A DNA stretch of 64,000 nucleotides from Lepidodermella squamata (lineage: Eukaryota > Animalia > Gastrotricha): contig JBLDXI010000042.1 in assembly GCA_047495785.1 (NCBI GenBank), forward strand, positions 930,001 to 994,000. Direction: 5' to 3'. This document shows positions 37,646-50,968 of the stretch, in pieces. Within the stretch, counting starts at the first letter, position 1, and every line of letters begins with the position of its first letter. A program made the position numbers and the translations under genes. The notes beneath the pieces are model-generated. The model had not been told where the DNA came from. It ran no database searches and worked only from the letters and a program-made list of their open reading frames with translations.

Positions 37646-38883
37646 CTGTCGGAGTGGAAAATATTTTCTAGTTAACGAAGAGATACAAGATCGCCCTCGA
37701 TTATCCTCCAACCTAGCCCAATTTTAAGAGTCATTTGAGCCAAAAAATTCAATTGACCGGAATACAGGGCAAAAAGCAGTGGGTATAAATTGATTCGCTC
37801 TGGAAGCAAACCTGGAAATCCACGCTTGTGTAAAGTGAAATTCGGAAGTTGCACACGGTTGGGAGCTCACTGGGTTGGAGCTAAAAATATCTCGCATGCG
37901 CTTGAACTAATGTTAGCTTTAAGTTGTGGTTCTAAAAAGACAAAACTAAGAGGGGGTTTTCTTTGTATGGAGGCTGCATTTATGCACTGTAATTTCAAGA
38001 CATTCCAGGAACATTTCTTAAACTATCCTATTTTTATCCCAAATCCCTGCTATCCCGTGGAAATTGCATCATTCTGGTTTTGAAAACGAAAATGAAGCAT
38101 CCTATCGCAGGAGCTCACTCCCAAGCCAATTCCACCATGCAGTTCATTTGATTGTCGGCGTGACGAAAATAGCGACTTTGTTACCTAAATCTGGCCGCCC
38201 TTTCAAGGTCCTAAAAGTGTGTACCGATTAATAATCTTCCTAACGCTTTCCTCAACGACTTTGATAAGGGATGTTTTTTGTTGCCTGCCTCTGAGCGTGG
38301 TCCACTGGCGGAAGAGCCTGTAGAATAATATAGAACAAAGTTGAACAATAGAGTAAGAAACGGGATGTATGAGAGCGGATGTTATTTGAGGCAGCTAATC
38401 TAGCTGCTACGTAGGCTCGGCAACCTGCATGGGTGGCGATTGCGGCAAAAAAAACTATTTCTATACGTGTTGCCCAAAGCTTAACAATAGCACACAAAGC
38501 AGCAGCATACCAAAGAGTTCTTGTGTATAAAACTCCCAATGTTATATTATCGAGCGTTTCCATTGAGATAGGTTATTCAGAGTAACTTCATTGAAAAATC
38601 TAGGATTGTACCAAGACTTCCAGATTTTGTTCTGTCATTGATAGTTTGGTGTTGGCTGCTAAAACGCCAATAGACTGGGGATGAGATTTTTATCGATGGA
38701 AGATTCGGACCAGCTGAGGTTGAGAAAGCCAGCCAGCATTCCAACTTTGAGCATCATCGACATGATTTCCCGAAAAAAACAACACTTACGCCATAATTTT
38801 TGTTTACTACAGTGTAAATGCTGAAAACTCTCAACTTCTAGAAGGATTAAAATGTCCTGCCTCATCTCCATTTACTTAAGATC

Positions 38884-40530
38884 TTAATATGACAATGAAA
38901 CGAGTATCAAGACAGATAACAGCTCGGCTGCTAGCATTCCTGTTGTTGCTGAATTCCCGAATTTCGGCGGAACGACTGAAAAATAAACGGTTAATAACAT
39001 CTGAGATCCCCGATATATCAACTTACGTCCGCACTTCCACACATCAGAGTAGCAATTGACACATGAGTATGAAATGGCGCAAAGAGATCCTCAGCCTAAA
39101 TCGTCCAGCGTCGTATTGCAAGGTGCTCCTTCACCCACTAGCGGTTCTGAAACAGTAAAAGCTCAATGTGAATCTGATCAATTCTTTCTAACTAACGTTT
39201 TACACAGATTTTCAATCTGGTGTCGTATTCTGACCTGTAAGTTACTTCCTTCGCGTCCGATTTGCAAGCGCATTCCCGACCAAGGCATCTCATATTCAGC
39301 GCCTCTAAGCAGTCGCTATCGTCTTGGCAGAATTCGCCGAGCTGACGAACGCGGCAACTTTGTGCCCAGCCAAAATAAGAATTCCAAGGTCCCCATCTGT
39401 AATAGTTGGTGTAACCCGCCTTACAGGCACATTTCCCGTTGCTGCATGTCAGATTATATTCATTAGGACACGTTTCGGCGCTGTCGCATGTTTCGTTCCA
39501 TACTCGAAGGCGGCATTCGTAAACGTTGTCAAACACATAGTCGCTGGCGCATCCGCATTTGTTCTGATCGCAGATCATGTTGAAGTAGCAATCGCTCGAG
39601 TCGGAGCACTCACCCCCGTATAAGACGTGTTGGCTTTCCGGAACACATGTCGTATTCATGGGTTTCAAGCCCTTGTCGCATTGACATCGCCCTTGAATGC
39701 AGGATGTATATTCGCTAGCGCATCCTATGTGTTCAATGCATTTTTCACCCGGACGGGCAGGCGGCAATAGGGTCATTCTTTTCTGCCGTGTCAAGAGAGT
39801 ACCGGAATCGTTTCCGGAGTTCTGCAATTTTGTTGGTTTGTAGGGCAGCGGGTCTAAACATTTACGGGGTTGAAAAAATTATCAAATGGTCTGGGAATTA
39901 CAAAGTAAAAGTTGACTCTCGCATTTATTATCCCAGCTCGTTAGGCCCAATGAAAAAACCGCCTCATCAAACCAGCAACAATCATTTGATTTGATTACGA
40001 CGATTTAGCCCCCTTAATTTGCTGCTGATTTAGAGTATTCCAAACTCTAGGAATTCCTCCTGTCACTGAACATGAGAACTAAAACTTGAAGCATGGAAAA
40101 GACTGCCATAACTCCGGAGCAATTCTGGGGATTCGATTGGAAATGATTGATTTAAAAAAATTATATGTCAAATCAAATCAAAGTCACAGCATCAAACTCT
40201 CCTATGGAATCCAAACCTTGCACCTAAAACGAGGTTTCTCGAACTGGGGGTCGCGCAGTAAAATAGTAATATAAGTAATATAGTAAATAGCAAAATAAAC
40301 TATAAAATAAACCAACTTCGCTTGCCTAGCTGGCATGTCTGGCTGATTTTGTCGTAAGAGTGGTTTGGGAAGCAAGTGCAGGCACCGGCTCCACAGGATG
40401 GTGAAACGATTTTGCAGAAGGAATTCCTATCCGGACACTGCGAGTTTGACGTGCACATCTCGCCTATTGTAGCACATTCCGCAAATGTTGCTGCAACAAA
40501 AGTCAGGAAGATGCAAAACCAAGTGGTCAT
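38884..40530 (-). pseudogene. EB-module Cys-rich gene B (4 exons; in-frame TGA in exon 3 removes the anchor)
   Basis: Exon 1 MTTWFCIFLTFVAATFA + module, exon 2 = ORF 39192-39827, exon 3 PLVGEGAPCNTTLDDLG*GSLC. It could yield a truncated secreted product. Confidence 0.7.
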
Positions 40531-40700
40531 TCTAATGTTAACAGTTAGAGTTAAGGCAGTGAGACGAAATCTCGGGAAAATGTCACCTGAGGTCGGAGCA
40601 ACACGAAGTGAAAAGTCTTATTCCAGAAATCAGATGGTTCTTTACGATATAATATTAAAGAAATATCGCGGATCCAATGATGAAACTTAAAAAACCGGTA

Positions 40701-40780
40701 GAGGATGCATCGAGAGCGGATGTTTTTCAAGGTATCATATCCAGCTGATACGTCCGTTTGGCAACCGGGATGACATTATA
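40701..40780 (-). promoter_or_regulatory. Conserved upstream block of the EB genes
   Basis: GAGGATGCATCGAGAGCGGATGTT..CAAGGTATC..CCAGCTG..GGCAACC.GG recurs at ~38360, 40701, 43105, 49775, 51495 (inverted), 52945, 53247 and 54955. In genes B, C and F it lies ~170-260 bp 5' of the ATG. Confidence 0.6.
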
Positions 40781-41306
40781 GCAGCGAACAAACTATTTCT
40801 ACGTGTTGCTCAAGGCTAATCCGAGCTTAACAATAGCATACAAAGAAGCAACAGCATTTAAACAAAAGAGTAACTAATAGAAAAACTCACACTTTCAAGC
40901 GTTTTCTCTGTATTTAGTGCTCTGCAGTCCATTTCTCTCCATCTATCTATTTTGCGCTTGATTAGAAATCATATGGACTTCCTGCAACCGAGCAGCATTT
41001 CGGCCATATGAACTGTCAAAGACCAAAGAGCGGACCCTCATGTCGTTTTACCTAATCATAACCAGTTCTCCTGTCCTACTTCGCTATCTGATACGACCTC
41101 AGAGCTTGACTGATTTGTAAGCAGAACTGGCGCTGTTGTCGGTGGTATGAATCGAACGTTTTAATTGCTAAGGTTCAATCACAAAATAAAGACAAAATAT
41201 ATAATAAAGAATCGCAATCCTCGCAATTCATAATTCATCATAATTTAATCGTCTGATAACTTGAGTAATTGCCAGTACCTCCAACCTCCAACCTTATTAA
41301 AGCATT

Positions 41307-42931
41307 TCATGAAAATGAAAAGAGTGTCATTGCCGAAATAAGCATCGTTGCTGCTATCATTCGAGTCGATGCTGAACTGACTATCCAATCTGAAACATTG
41401 AAAGCTCAGTGCATAAGTGTGTTTGATTATAGTTTCATTAAAACTAACCTGTAACATACACATCGGTCATAGTGGGGTAATGGTAATCGTACATCATTCC
41501 CATGAAACCCGATTTGTATGTGCATTTCTTGTTGAAGCACCTCGAATTCCGCACCCCTGAACAGTCGCTGTCGTCTTTGCAAAAATCGCCGATCGAACGA
41601 ACGCGGCAACTTCTTCCGAAACCCCAACTGTATGAGTTGATGTAACCCGCCTTACAGGCGCATCTCCCGTCGACACACTCCAAATTATAGTTGCTTGCGC
41701 ATGGATCCGCGCTGTGGCATGTGTCGTTCCAAACTCGAAGGCGGCATGAGTAAAAGTTGTCCACCGTATAGCCACTGCCGCATGAGCATCTGTCCCGATC
41801 GCAGACCATGTTGTAGTAGCACTCGCTCGAGTTGGAGCACGCACCGCCGTATTCAACGTGTTCACAATCTGGCACGCATTCGTTATTGGGACCGGGTTTT
41901 AAGCCCTTCTCGCATTGGCATAGCCCTTGAATGCAGGATGCATATTCGATGGCGCATCCTGATTGATAGCATTGTTCACCCAGGCCAGCAGGTATGCTCA
42001 GTCTTTTATCCCTTGTCAAGAGAGTACCAGAACCGTTTCCGGAATTGTTGTTGGGCAGCGGATCTAATTACCGTAGTTACCGAAATAGAAGCCTAGGCGG
42101 CAAGCCTTTGTCGGCACTTTGATGTTCTTTGTAGTGCCGCCCAGGCTTGTATTTCGGTAACTACGGTATGTCAGGAGTTGAAATTTCCAATATAATTTTA
42201 TATCAATCAAATAAATAAATATTAATTATATTATTAAATTATATTTTATTAAATTTATATCAAAATATCAATATTAATATAAATTTATTGAATATTATCA
42301 AATGAACAGAGAAATGCAAAGTAAAAGTTAAGCCTCAACTAGTATCGTTTGTTAGTTTTTTGAGAGATAGCTTGTAATCAACCCCTCGTATAGAAACCTC
42401 CAACCAAGCTAACTATAATTACTTCGGCGTAAATCCTTAATAACCTCGAAAAAATATGCCCACCATAGGTAAGTCAATATAAGTAGCCCCATGGTCAATA
42501 TTATCAAAACCGAATGAAATCGACTTTTAATGTGAAAGCTTCTGATCAGTGTGCGAAGTAGGATAGTTGGCTAGGGGTTACTCCGTAGAATTTGGCGCTG
42601 AAATTTCAAACCAAACGAATCCACCTCAGACCTTCGGTTTTTAGGGTTTTCACGACTTTACCTCGCAAGCTGAGATGAGGGACTTCACACTTTTGGGGGA
42701 AAATACATTACTATATTCCAGCTTACTTCGCTTTTTCCGGCATGCCTGGCTGTTTTCGTTGTAAACGTGGCCTGGTAAGCAGGAGCAGACACCGGCTCCA
42801 CAATATAGTGATACAATTTTGCAGAAGGAATTCCTATCCGAACATTCCGAGCTTGACATGCACGTCTCACCTATATGTTGGGCATATGTTGCTGCAACAA
42901 GGGTAAGGAAGATGCAAAACCAAGCGTTCAT
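41307..42931 (-). CDS. EB-module Cys-rich gene C (3 exons; signal peptide and GPI-like tail)
   Basis: Exon 1 MNAWFCIFLTLVAATYAQHIGETC..., exon 2 = ORF 41444-42019, exon 3 WIVSSASTRMIAATMLISAMTLFSFS*. Confidence 0.78.
42071..42166. mobile_element. Tiny palindromic pogo-like MITE in intron 1 of EB gene C
   Basis: TIR CCGTAGTTACCGAAATA.AAGCCT.GGCGGCA with a TA TSD. The paralogous site in gene F (CTAATTATGT) is empty. Confidence 0.82.
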
Positions 42932-44077
42932 TCTAATATAAAAATTCAATAAGTTGACAATGATTTTTTCTAGATTTCAATTTGAGGAGAGACAAATTTC
43001 GAGGAAAAATGTTGTCGAAGCAACACGAAGAAGTAATCTTTTTCAGCAAAGCAGAAGGATTTGAGGTTTTATCATAGATGAATATTGAAAAGCTGAAACC
43101 GAGAGAGGATGCATGTAGATCGGATGTTTTTTTAACAGTATCTCATCCAGCTGATGCGTCCACCCGGCAAAAAAGTCTTTCTACGTGTTAATCATACGTT
43201 ACTCATTCATTAGCATACAAAGCAGCATTAAACAAAATAGTACTTCAAAATAAAAAACTCACAATTTCAAATTGTTAAGGCGTTTCCACATACGTTTCTA
43301 TGTATTTAGAGCTCTTCTCATAGAGCGAAGTAGGACCGCGGAACTGGTAGGGATAAGGAAAATCGACATAAGGGTCTTTGGTTTTTGGTCTTTGACTGAG
43401 TTCACCGTACGGACCGATGGAACTTTAAGGGATGATCCCTACCATCCCTAGCGGTAACCTCGCTCTCTGGCTCATCTATTTTGCGCTTGACTTAAATCTG
43501 ACCTGCAACCGACAACACAGGCAGGACTTGGGAGCTGGTCAGTTTGGGCTGCGTCAAACCTGGTAGGAGTCAGGACAAAATTGTGAGAAATTTTGGCTAT
43601 GATTATTCAAGATTTAATTTAACTGCTTGCTTTGGCTGCTGCTGATTCAATCGAGGATTTGACGAAGTTGAAAAGTCTTGAAAAATTGTTAATTACCATA
43701 TGGAAAATGATCAATCTACGACGACGATTCCATAGTATATGTTTGACCCCAGTTCAACAACAGCTGACCTCATCGTCCCTTTGTTCTTTGTTGCGATCGA
43801 ATCTGTGCGTGTTTACGCGAACTCCATAGATCGCTCGACCGGAGACAGTAATTATCGATGAAAGATTGGGACAAGTCGATGTTGAGAAGGCACGTGTTGC
43901 CCAGCATTCCAACCTTGATCAACATTGGCAAAGAAAACAACCATTTCAGGGATATAAATGACCTTCCTTCATACATTTATTCAACTGATAACTCGAGTAA
44001 TTGCTAGAAAATCTCAACTTATGGAAGCAGTAACTGGCGTAGCATGTTTTCTACTTCTGTTCGATTTGCTTCAGCTT

Positions 44078-45571
44078 TTATGAAAATGAAATGAGCATCA
44101 AGGCAGAGGCCAACTTGGCTGTTAGTATTCCAGTCGTTGCTGAGTTGTACCAGCTAACAGGTGGAGGAACGACTGAAAAAGAAACCGCCAATGTTAGCAA
44201 ATTTGAATTCTTGAGAACTTACTTCCACACTTCCACAAATTAGAGTAGCAGTTGAGACAGACGAAAGGCATCGCACAAAGAGAGCCCCTACCAAGATCGT
44301 CCAGCGTCGTATTACAAGGTGCTCCTTCGCCCACCAGCGGTTCTAAAGCAGTGAAATCTCATTGGATAAATGCATGTGATCGTGAAGTTTCTATCTTACG
44401 TTTAACACAAATTTTCTTTCTAGCATTAAACGCAGTCATGTAGGTGACTTCCTTTGCATCCGAGCTGCAAGCGCATTTCCGACTGAGGCACCTCAAATTA
44501 AACGCCTGTGGGCAATCCTTCTGCTGTGTGTCCGCTCGGCAGAAATCACCAGCCTGACGAGCGCGGCAACTTGTGGAGAATATGTAGTTTTTGACGTAGC
44601 CCGGCTTGCAGGCGCATCCCTCGTCGACACATACCAAGTTATAATCGTTTCGACATGGGTGCTCGCTGTTGCATGTTTCATCCAAAAATCGAAGCCGGCA
44701 TAGCCTACTGTATCGATCCGGTGTGTAACCGCTAGCACATTCGCAACGGTTGTGATCGCAGACCATGTTGTCATTGCAATCTTCCGAGTCAGAGCACACG
44801 CCGCCGAATTCAACTTTTTCTGGCACGCAGTCGTCATTGCTGCCAAGTTTATATCCTTTCTTGCATTGACATCGGCCATCAATGCATGATGCATACTCGC
44901 TCCTGCATAATCGAGAGCTATCGCAATATTCGGCTCCTCGAGGCGGGCTTGATCGTTTTATCCTGAACACGACATCAGTATCAAGGTCGTCGGCGGAGCT
45001 GTCGTATGTCCCATAGCTCATCTTACTTATTAAGGGCAAACGTTATTGTCGAAAGGCGAAAATGCTTACAAAAATTAGGGAGCTTGGAAATAAACAATAA
45101 ATGGTTTATTTTAGAGGGTGGATGGCAGACCGTCATAACAGCAAATACCCAAAACAGCAAACGCGACAAAGCAGCAACTTTTTCAACTTGCGACATGACA
45201 GCAGAAACAAGATGCATCTTTGACTTTGGTAAGTTTTTGCTGTTTTGTCGCTAAATAAAAAAGTTTCTGTTTTGTCAGATTTGCTGTTTTGTGAAGTTGC
45301 TGTTTTGTCGCTGTACCGGGTGGACGGCTTATAGGTATTAGAAAAATGTGTTTCAACTTACTTTGTTTGCATGTTCGCTTGATTCGTCGTAAAAATGGCT
45401 CGGGAAGCAGGAGCAGGCACCGGCTCCACACGTTGGCGAAACAATTTTGCAGAATGAATTCCGATCCGGGCACTGCGAATTTGCTGTGCACATCTTGCCT
45501 ATTGCGGCACGTTGCGCAAGTGATGTAGTTATAATAACAACGTAAGTGAAAACGTGACGCCAATCTTTCAT
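44078..45571 (-). CDS. EB-module Cys-rich gene D (4 exons; 1-bp deletion at the end of exon 1)
   Basis: Exon 1 MKDWRHVFTYVVIITTSLAQ..., exon 2 = ORF 44359-45039 (RIKR), intact exon 3 PLVGEGAPC..CLNCYSNLWKCG, hydrophobic tail. Exon 1 ends EHANK instead of RTCKQ, so it may be a pseudogene. Confidence 0.65.
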
Positions 45572-46534
45572 TATAATGTTAAGCCTTAAACTAGTTAACA
45601 GTGATTTGTATTTGATTTCGATTTTAAATTCAGAGCAACTCGGTTAATTTGATATTCAAACCACATCATTGAAAACCTATGCAGGATCACGTATGCAGAA
45701 TTCCGTGAATGGACCGTTCTAAAACTGGTAGGCTCCAGCCTGAAGAAAATTTGATCGAAAATAAGTGAAAAGTGGGGTTTGGCGAAATTTTTGACATTGT
45801 GAGATTTTGGTGCCACTTTAAAGGTCTATTAACGAGGAGTCGAATGGTATAAAAAAGGCGTTGATATTCATCAGGGTTACAGAGAAAATGGGCTACAAAG
45901 TTTAGGAGTGACAATTTCTAATTTCGAAAAATGCTCGCTTAAAATAGTTGAGTTTCCAAGAATCGTCCCTCTCAAAGTCAACATGCGTTTTGCGATTTGC
46001 TGGAAAATACAGAAAATAAGCCAAACGGGGTGGTGATCGTACGGACCTTAACTTAAGTGGTAACTTTTCGGATAAGTTCACTTTGTTAAGTTGACCTTTA
46101 ATTGGGGTGTGATCGAAACTCACCTTATCAAAGGTGCCCTTAGTTAAGGTCCACTTAAAGGGGTGTGATCGAACCTTAACTGGTTTTTGGACTGTTTCGA
46201 TCACTCAACTTAAATTTTCTTGGAATTAAAAAAAAAAGATAAGGAATGTGATCGAATTTAAGTTGATCTTAAATGATTGCGTAACAATGACTGCGTAATT
46301 ATTTCAAAGACAAAAAAGTGCGATTTAATTTTCAAGTTTTCAATTCAATGTTTTAATTTTGATGATTGGATTGTGGCAACTGTTTTCGCTATATTATACA
46401 GCTTGACTCACGGATTTTTATGAAATTTTTCAATCTTCCCAATTGAATGAATGGTTGATTGACTGATTGAATGATTGGTGTTTATGATTTCTTGATAATA
46501 GGGTCGATCCTTGGTTTTTTAGCTGTTCCTAAAC

Positions 46535-47593
46535 ATGCCGAAGTATTCTTTTTCCGAATTTTTCAATGATGTCAAGGAATCGCCTGATGATTCGCTTGGC
46601 CCAAGTGATAAAGATAAGGTTGATGTATCGTCTTCATCCAGCAAAAAGCCACGAAAAGCGCGCGATCCTAACTATTCAGCGGCTGATCATGGTGTTTTCA
46701 CCAACCTTCTAGAAGAAAAATTGGACGAATCAAACGAAAAAATGAGCTTCACTTTTGCGGATATTTTCTACGGTCGCTGCGCAAACGACCTGAAAGTGCG
46801 AGCATCTTTGCCCCAATTAAAGGCAAAAGGATGGAGCAAATTTGCCATTCGCTACAATCCGGTAGCCGACGTCAATCGTGACGAGACAAGTCTCAAAAAG
46901 CATTTCGAAAATAGGTTTTTGGAGAAACCGAAAGCTGAGATACGGGGGAAAAAAGCGGATTCCAAGAAGACCGGTGGAGGAGTTGGCTTGGCTCTCAAAC
47001 CCATGTCCAAAGAAGCGGAAATGTTGGAAAAGCACGCGCCTCATAAAGTTCACGCCGTTTCGAATATTACTGACAGTTCAGCTTTGACTGTCGTCAATAA
47101 GGCAGGCGCTCCAGCAACAATTGGAAGATCAGACGTTTCTCCTCTACCATCAACGAGTCAACAGGAAGATAGGTCAGAAGAGTCAAGTACAGCAACTGAC
47201 TCGGATGAGAGTGGTGCCGAGGAAGATCGCGATACAGCGGAAGCTAATACCCAACCAGAATTGGCAAAATCAAATAACGATAATGACCAGGAAATCGAAC
47301 AGCTGATGAAGTTCGCTAACAACCGCGAGAAAAGTGCTCCTAGCTCTAGCAAAGCCGATGAAATTAAAGCTCTTCAAGTTGAAAAGAGCCGCGGTTTACA
47401 CAAGAAAGACCGCGAGAAATCTTCATTCGATTTGTTTTTGGAGGAACAAAGCGCCATGCTGAAGGAAGAGCATAAAAGTACGTTGTATACGTCTGCTTCT
47501 TTGCAAAAATCAGCCGAGGCAAGTACGAGACTAGCCGATTTGAAGGCAAAACTTGTCGAAAAGCAGTTGGAAAAAATGAACAAGGGTGGCTAA
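46535..47593 (+). CDS. Harbinger ORF1 Myb/SANT-like DNA-binding protein
   Basis: 352-aa ORF with RDPNYS..F..LL, KGWSKFAIRYN...RDETSLKKHFEN, KKTGGG, an acidic linker and a C-terminal coiled coil. Confidence 0.85.
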   Translation: MPKYSFSEFFNDVKESPDDSLGPSDKDKVDVSSSSSKKPRKARDPNYSAADHGVFTNLLEEKLDESNEKMSFTFADIFYGRCANDLKVRASLPQLKAKGWSKFAIRYNPVADVNRDETSLKKHFENRFLEKPKAEIRGKKADSKKTGGGVGLALKPMSKEAEMLEKHAPHKVHAVSNITDSSALTVVNKAGAPATIGRSDVSPLPSTSQQEDRSEESSTATDSDESGAEEDRDTAEANTQPELAKSNNDNDQEIEQLMKFANNREKSAPSSSKADEIKALQVEKSRGLHKKDREKSSFDLFLEEQSAMLKEEHKSTLYTSASLQKSAEASTRLADLKAKLVEKQLEKMNKGG

Positions 47594-47789
47594 AACTCGC
47601 TTAAAATGGCTCGATGATTTCAAAATTCTGATAATTAATTCCTGTACATAATAATTGCTCAGCCTGAATAATAACGAGTCTTCATTACGATATGACTATT
47701 CTGTTAAAAATTATAAATAAAAGTGTAAAATTGCAGAATTTTCCCACCAGCTATTAGGTTTATAAAACTTAGTTTTTTGGTTACCGTTA

Positions 47790-49016
47790 ATGGCTGCGTT
47801 TTTTGAATTTCAAAACGTACGCCGAGGACGCTTTCGCGGTCAGGTACGAATGCTGCGGTTGTTGGAAGCCATTGGTGAAGCTCGACAACCTATGCGATTC
47901 GAAAGATTTTTTCACGACAGAAGAGACGAGATGAACCGGTGGAATGATACCGAGTTTTTCGACCGGTACAAGTTGACCAAAGAGGTGGTTATTCGATTGG
48001 AGCAGTTCTTGGAGCCTGATCTGCTTCAACGTACTACACAACGAAATCACGCGTTGTCGCTGAATCAGGTCATCATATCAGCCTTGCACTATTACGGAAG
48101 TGGCTCAAAACAGAGGATTGTAGGTGAGTTCGAAGTTTTATGGGGTTTGATCTTGAAAATGTCTTATAATCTAAAGGTTCGGACCTGGGTTTACACCGTA
48201 CAACTGTTACAAAGAATGTCAAGGCAGTAACTCGTGCCCTTGTCGCTCACTTCCATGACTACATCAAACTACCTGCAAACCAACAAGAAGCCAACCGAGT
48301 AATGACGGACTTTCATCAATATTCCGGCCTGCCTGGTTGTGTAGGTGTCGTGGATGGCGCTTTACTCAAAATTAGGCGCCCCGGAGAACTACCAGACCCA
48401 GAATCATTCATGTGCCGAAAAGGTTTGTGAATCATTTATTGACTGTTAATGCGAAAAAATGAAACAAAATTTAGGTTTCTACGCAATTAACAGCATGCTT
48501 GTATGCGACCGGTACTTCCGATTAATTTTCGCTGTAGCGCAACACTCTGGCTCAACTCATGACGTCGTTGTTCTAAATTCGACGAACTTGGGCGAAATTG
48601 TGACGCAAATGTACCCGGGTGGCCATCTTCTTGGCGACAGTGGATATACACCTTGCCGTGAATGGCTAATTACTCCTTTGGCCCAAGGCGATGCGAATAC
48701 GCCCGCTCAGCTTGCATTTCAGCGCGCTTTCTTGCGAGCTCGTTTTCTAATCGAGCGGCTGATTGGTATACTCAGGGCCCGTTTCGCCGTCCTTCGTGTC
48801 GACGATAACGAAATTCGACTGAATATCCACAACGCACCGAACATGTTTCTCGCATGTTGTGTACTTCACAATATTTGCGTTGAACACAATTGTCCTGTAA
48901 AAGAAGCATGGATGCCGTCTGATGATGATATCCTACGAGAGATGGGTCCATTCATTGGTGGCGCTGACGCCCGCGGTCGAGCAAAGCGCGATGCGTTGAT
49001 TGCCCGCTTTGCATGA
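47790..49016 (+). CDS. Harbinger (HARBI1-like, DDE_Tnp_4) transposase, 3 exons, intact
   Basis: Exons 47790-48123, 48177-48422 and 48475-49016 splice in frame. Motifs: LHYYGSG, GCVGVVDG, CRKGFYAIN, GSTHD, LLGDSGY, RFLIERLIGILRARF, CCVLHN. Confidence 0.9.
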
Positions 49017-49651
49017 AGTTACAGCTCTCCTGCACACTGAACCTTCGAACTATTGCTAATTAAGTTGCAACTTATCATATTTGTATCATCACTTCACTTA
49101 TTTTCGAATAAAATCGAACGTTGTTTTTTACGAAAGTAACGTTTGGGTACTGTTCGTAGAGGTCTATAGAGAGCCAGTGTACTTCTGTTAGAAATTTAAA
49201 CCGATTTTTTCCCGTCGAAAATAGCGTAAACACCCGGCTGAGGGACCTCTCGAGGTCACTTAAACTTAGGGGTGTGACAGCCCTTAACTTATTTCCTTAA
49301 GTCCATTTTATGGCGTCTTTTTCTTTCGATCACTTACTTAATGTTAAAAAGTTGAAAATGTTTACTTATTTCCTTAACTTGAGCGTTCGATCACACCTCG
49401 ACTTAAGTTGACCCTTAAGTTGAAAAACAGTTAAAGATAAGGGCGACCTTAACTTTCGATCACCAACCTTAGCACTTGAGGAATTAAGGTGGGGTTAAGG
49501 AGCTTACGATCACCACCCCGAAACCCCCTTTTCACTTCTTTTCGGTCATTTATAAAAAAAAAATGGTGATTCTTCCGTTCGAAATTCTGCATAATAAGTA
49601 AAAGGGGTTAAGGAGGGCCAGTTATAAGGGAAAAGTCACATAAAGACGAGG

Positions 49652-49653
<2 letters not shown>

Positions 49654-49682
<29 letters not shown>
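49654..49682. repeat. (TA)n microsatellite
   Basis: Uninterrupted TA run. Confidence 0.9.
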
Positions 49683-49683
<1 letters not shown>

Positions 49684-50103
49684 CCGAGTTCGAAGAGATA
49701 AAACTTTTTTAATAGCAGATGGTTTTTTATTATGTACGTACGTAAATTGTATAATACATAATTCATACGACGCAACGAGAGCGGATGTTACATATTTAAG
49801 TCGTGTAACCTGGATGATATCTCAGCAACCGGAGTGACAATTGCGGCAAAAACGTATTGCTACACCGAGCTTAACAGCTTAGTTAAGCTTAAGCCATAAG
49901 TACTTGAAACTTGAATACAATGATTAGCGTTAGTTTGCTAGAACTCAAACGTGTAAATGTTACTAAAAATCTCTATCTCAATATCTCAATCTTTCTCCGC
50001 TTAAACTGAAAAGCTATCCTTTTTTATCTTGGATACGAAAATCCAAGCCTTAAAAATCATTGCTTTATTGAAAACTTCAATTCGATCAAAAAACTGGCGC
50101 ATA

Positions 50104-50865
50104 CCGTAACGAGTGGTAACTTTGGACAAAACGTGTTTTTCGAACATTAAAAATCAGCCTTTGCTCCTAAATTTCTGAAATTTTTACCAAAGGTGGGGAC
50201 GGTGATTCTTGAATTTACTGCAAATTCTAGAAATTTTTAGAATTTTACCTGACCTTTGGTTAATTAATATGTGTTCCGGTAACTTTGGACAATTAGAGGG
50301 TAGTTTTGGACACTCATTTGCATATGCAATTTCATTGCAATTTCATTGTGAATTATCTGCTTATCATGGTTTTTCATTTAATCTTGGGTCAGATTTCGAA
50401 AAAAATTATGAACAGATGGCGCATCATCTGTTTCTTGGAAGTTCAAAAAAATACGTTTCTGCGCAGCAGCATACTTAACCCGTCCAAAAGTGTCCAAAAT
50501 TACCCCAATTTTCACCTGTTTTTCAGGTAAATGTCCTGCTAAAACGCGTCGACGGATTGTCATTTTTTCTTCGACTATCGGGAGAGTAAATATAGGAGAA
50601 TGCTCATGTCAATTTTTATTGAAAAATGTTCGATTTTTAGAAAGATAGAAGGGGGGTCCCAAAACGGCACCCAAAGTCTAACTGCTTGCAACTTTTTCGG
50701 ATTTCAGCTCCAATCGTCTTGATTTTTATTTCAAACGAAAGCTGAGGAGACGGAGAATTTTATGCAAAAAACCCCATGATTTAAACGTTCAAGCCTGAAA
50801 AGCTAAACACCTGCAAACCCGAAAGTGTTCAAAGTTACCGTGTCCACAATCACCACACGTTACGG
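50104..50865. mobile_element. Pogo/Tc-type MITE
   Basis: Termini CCGTAACG.GTGGT / ACCAC.CGTTACGG with TA flanks; internal GGTAACTTTGGACA repeats. Confidence 0.72.
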
Positions 50866-50968
50866 TAATATAAATGACATCTAAAGCTTGTTGTTGTAGT
50901 TTTTCGTGAAAATTAAGAGCCCAATTTTCTAATGAACAAGACCTAATTTTCGAGGTTAAATTGTCCAA

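Larger units (their letters stand above)
46026..49520 (+). mobile_element. Complete PIF/Harbinger transposon (two genes)
   Basis: TIR CGGGGTGGTGATCGTA at both ends, a 3-bp AAA direct repeat, and many CTTAA/GATCGAA subterminal repeats. It encodes a Myb-like protein and a DDE transposase. Confidence 0.92.
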
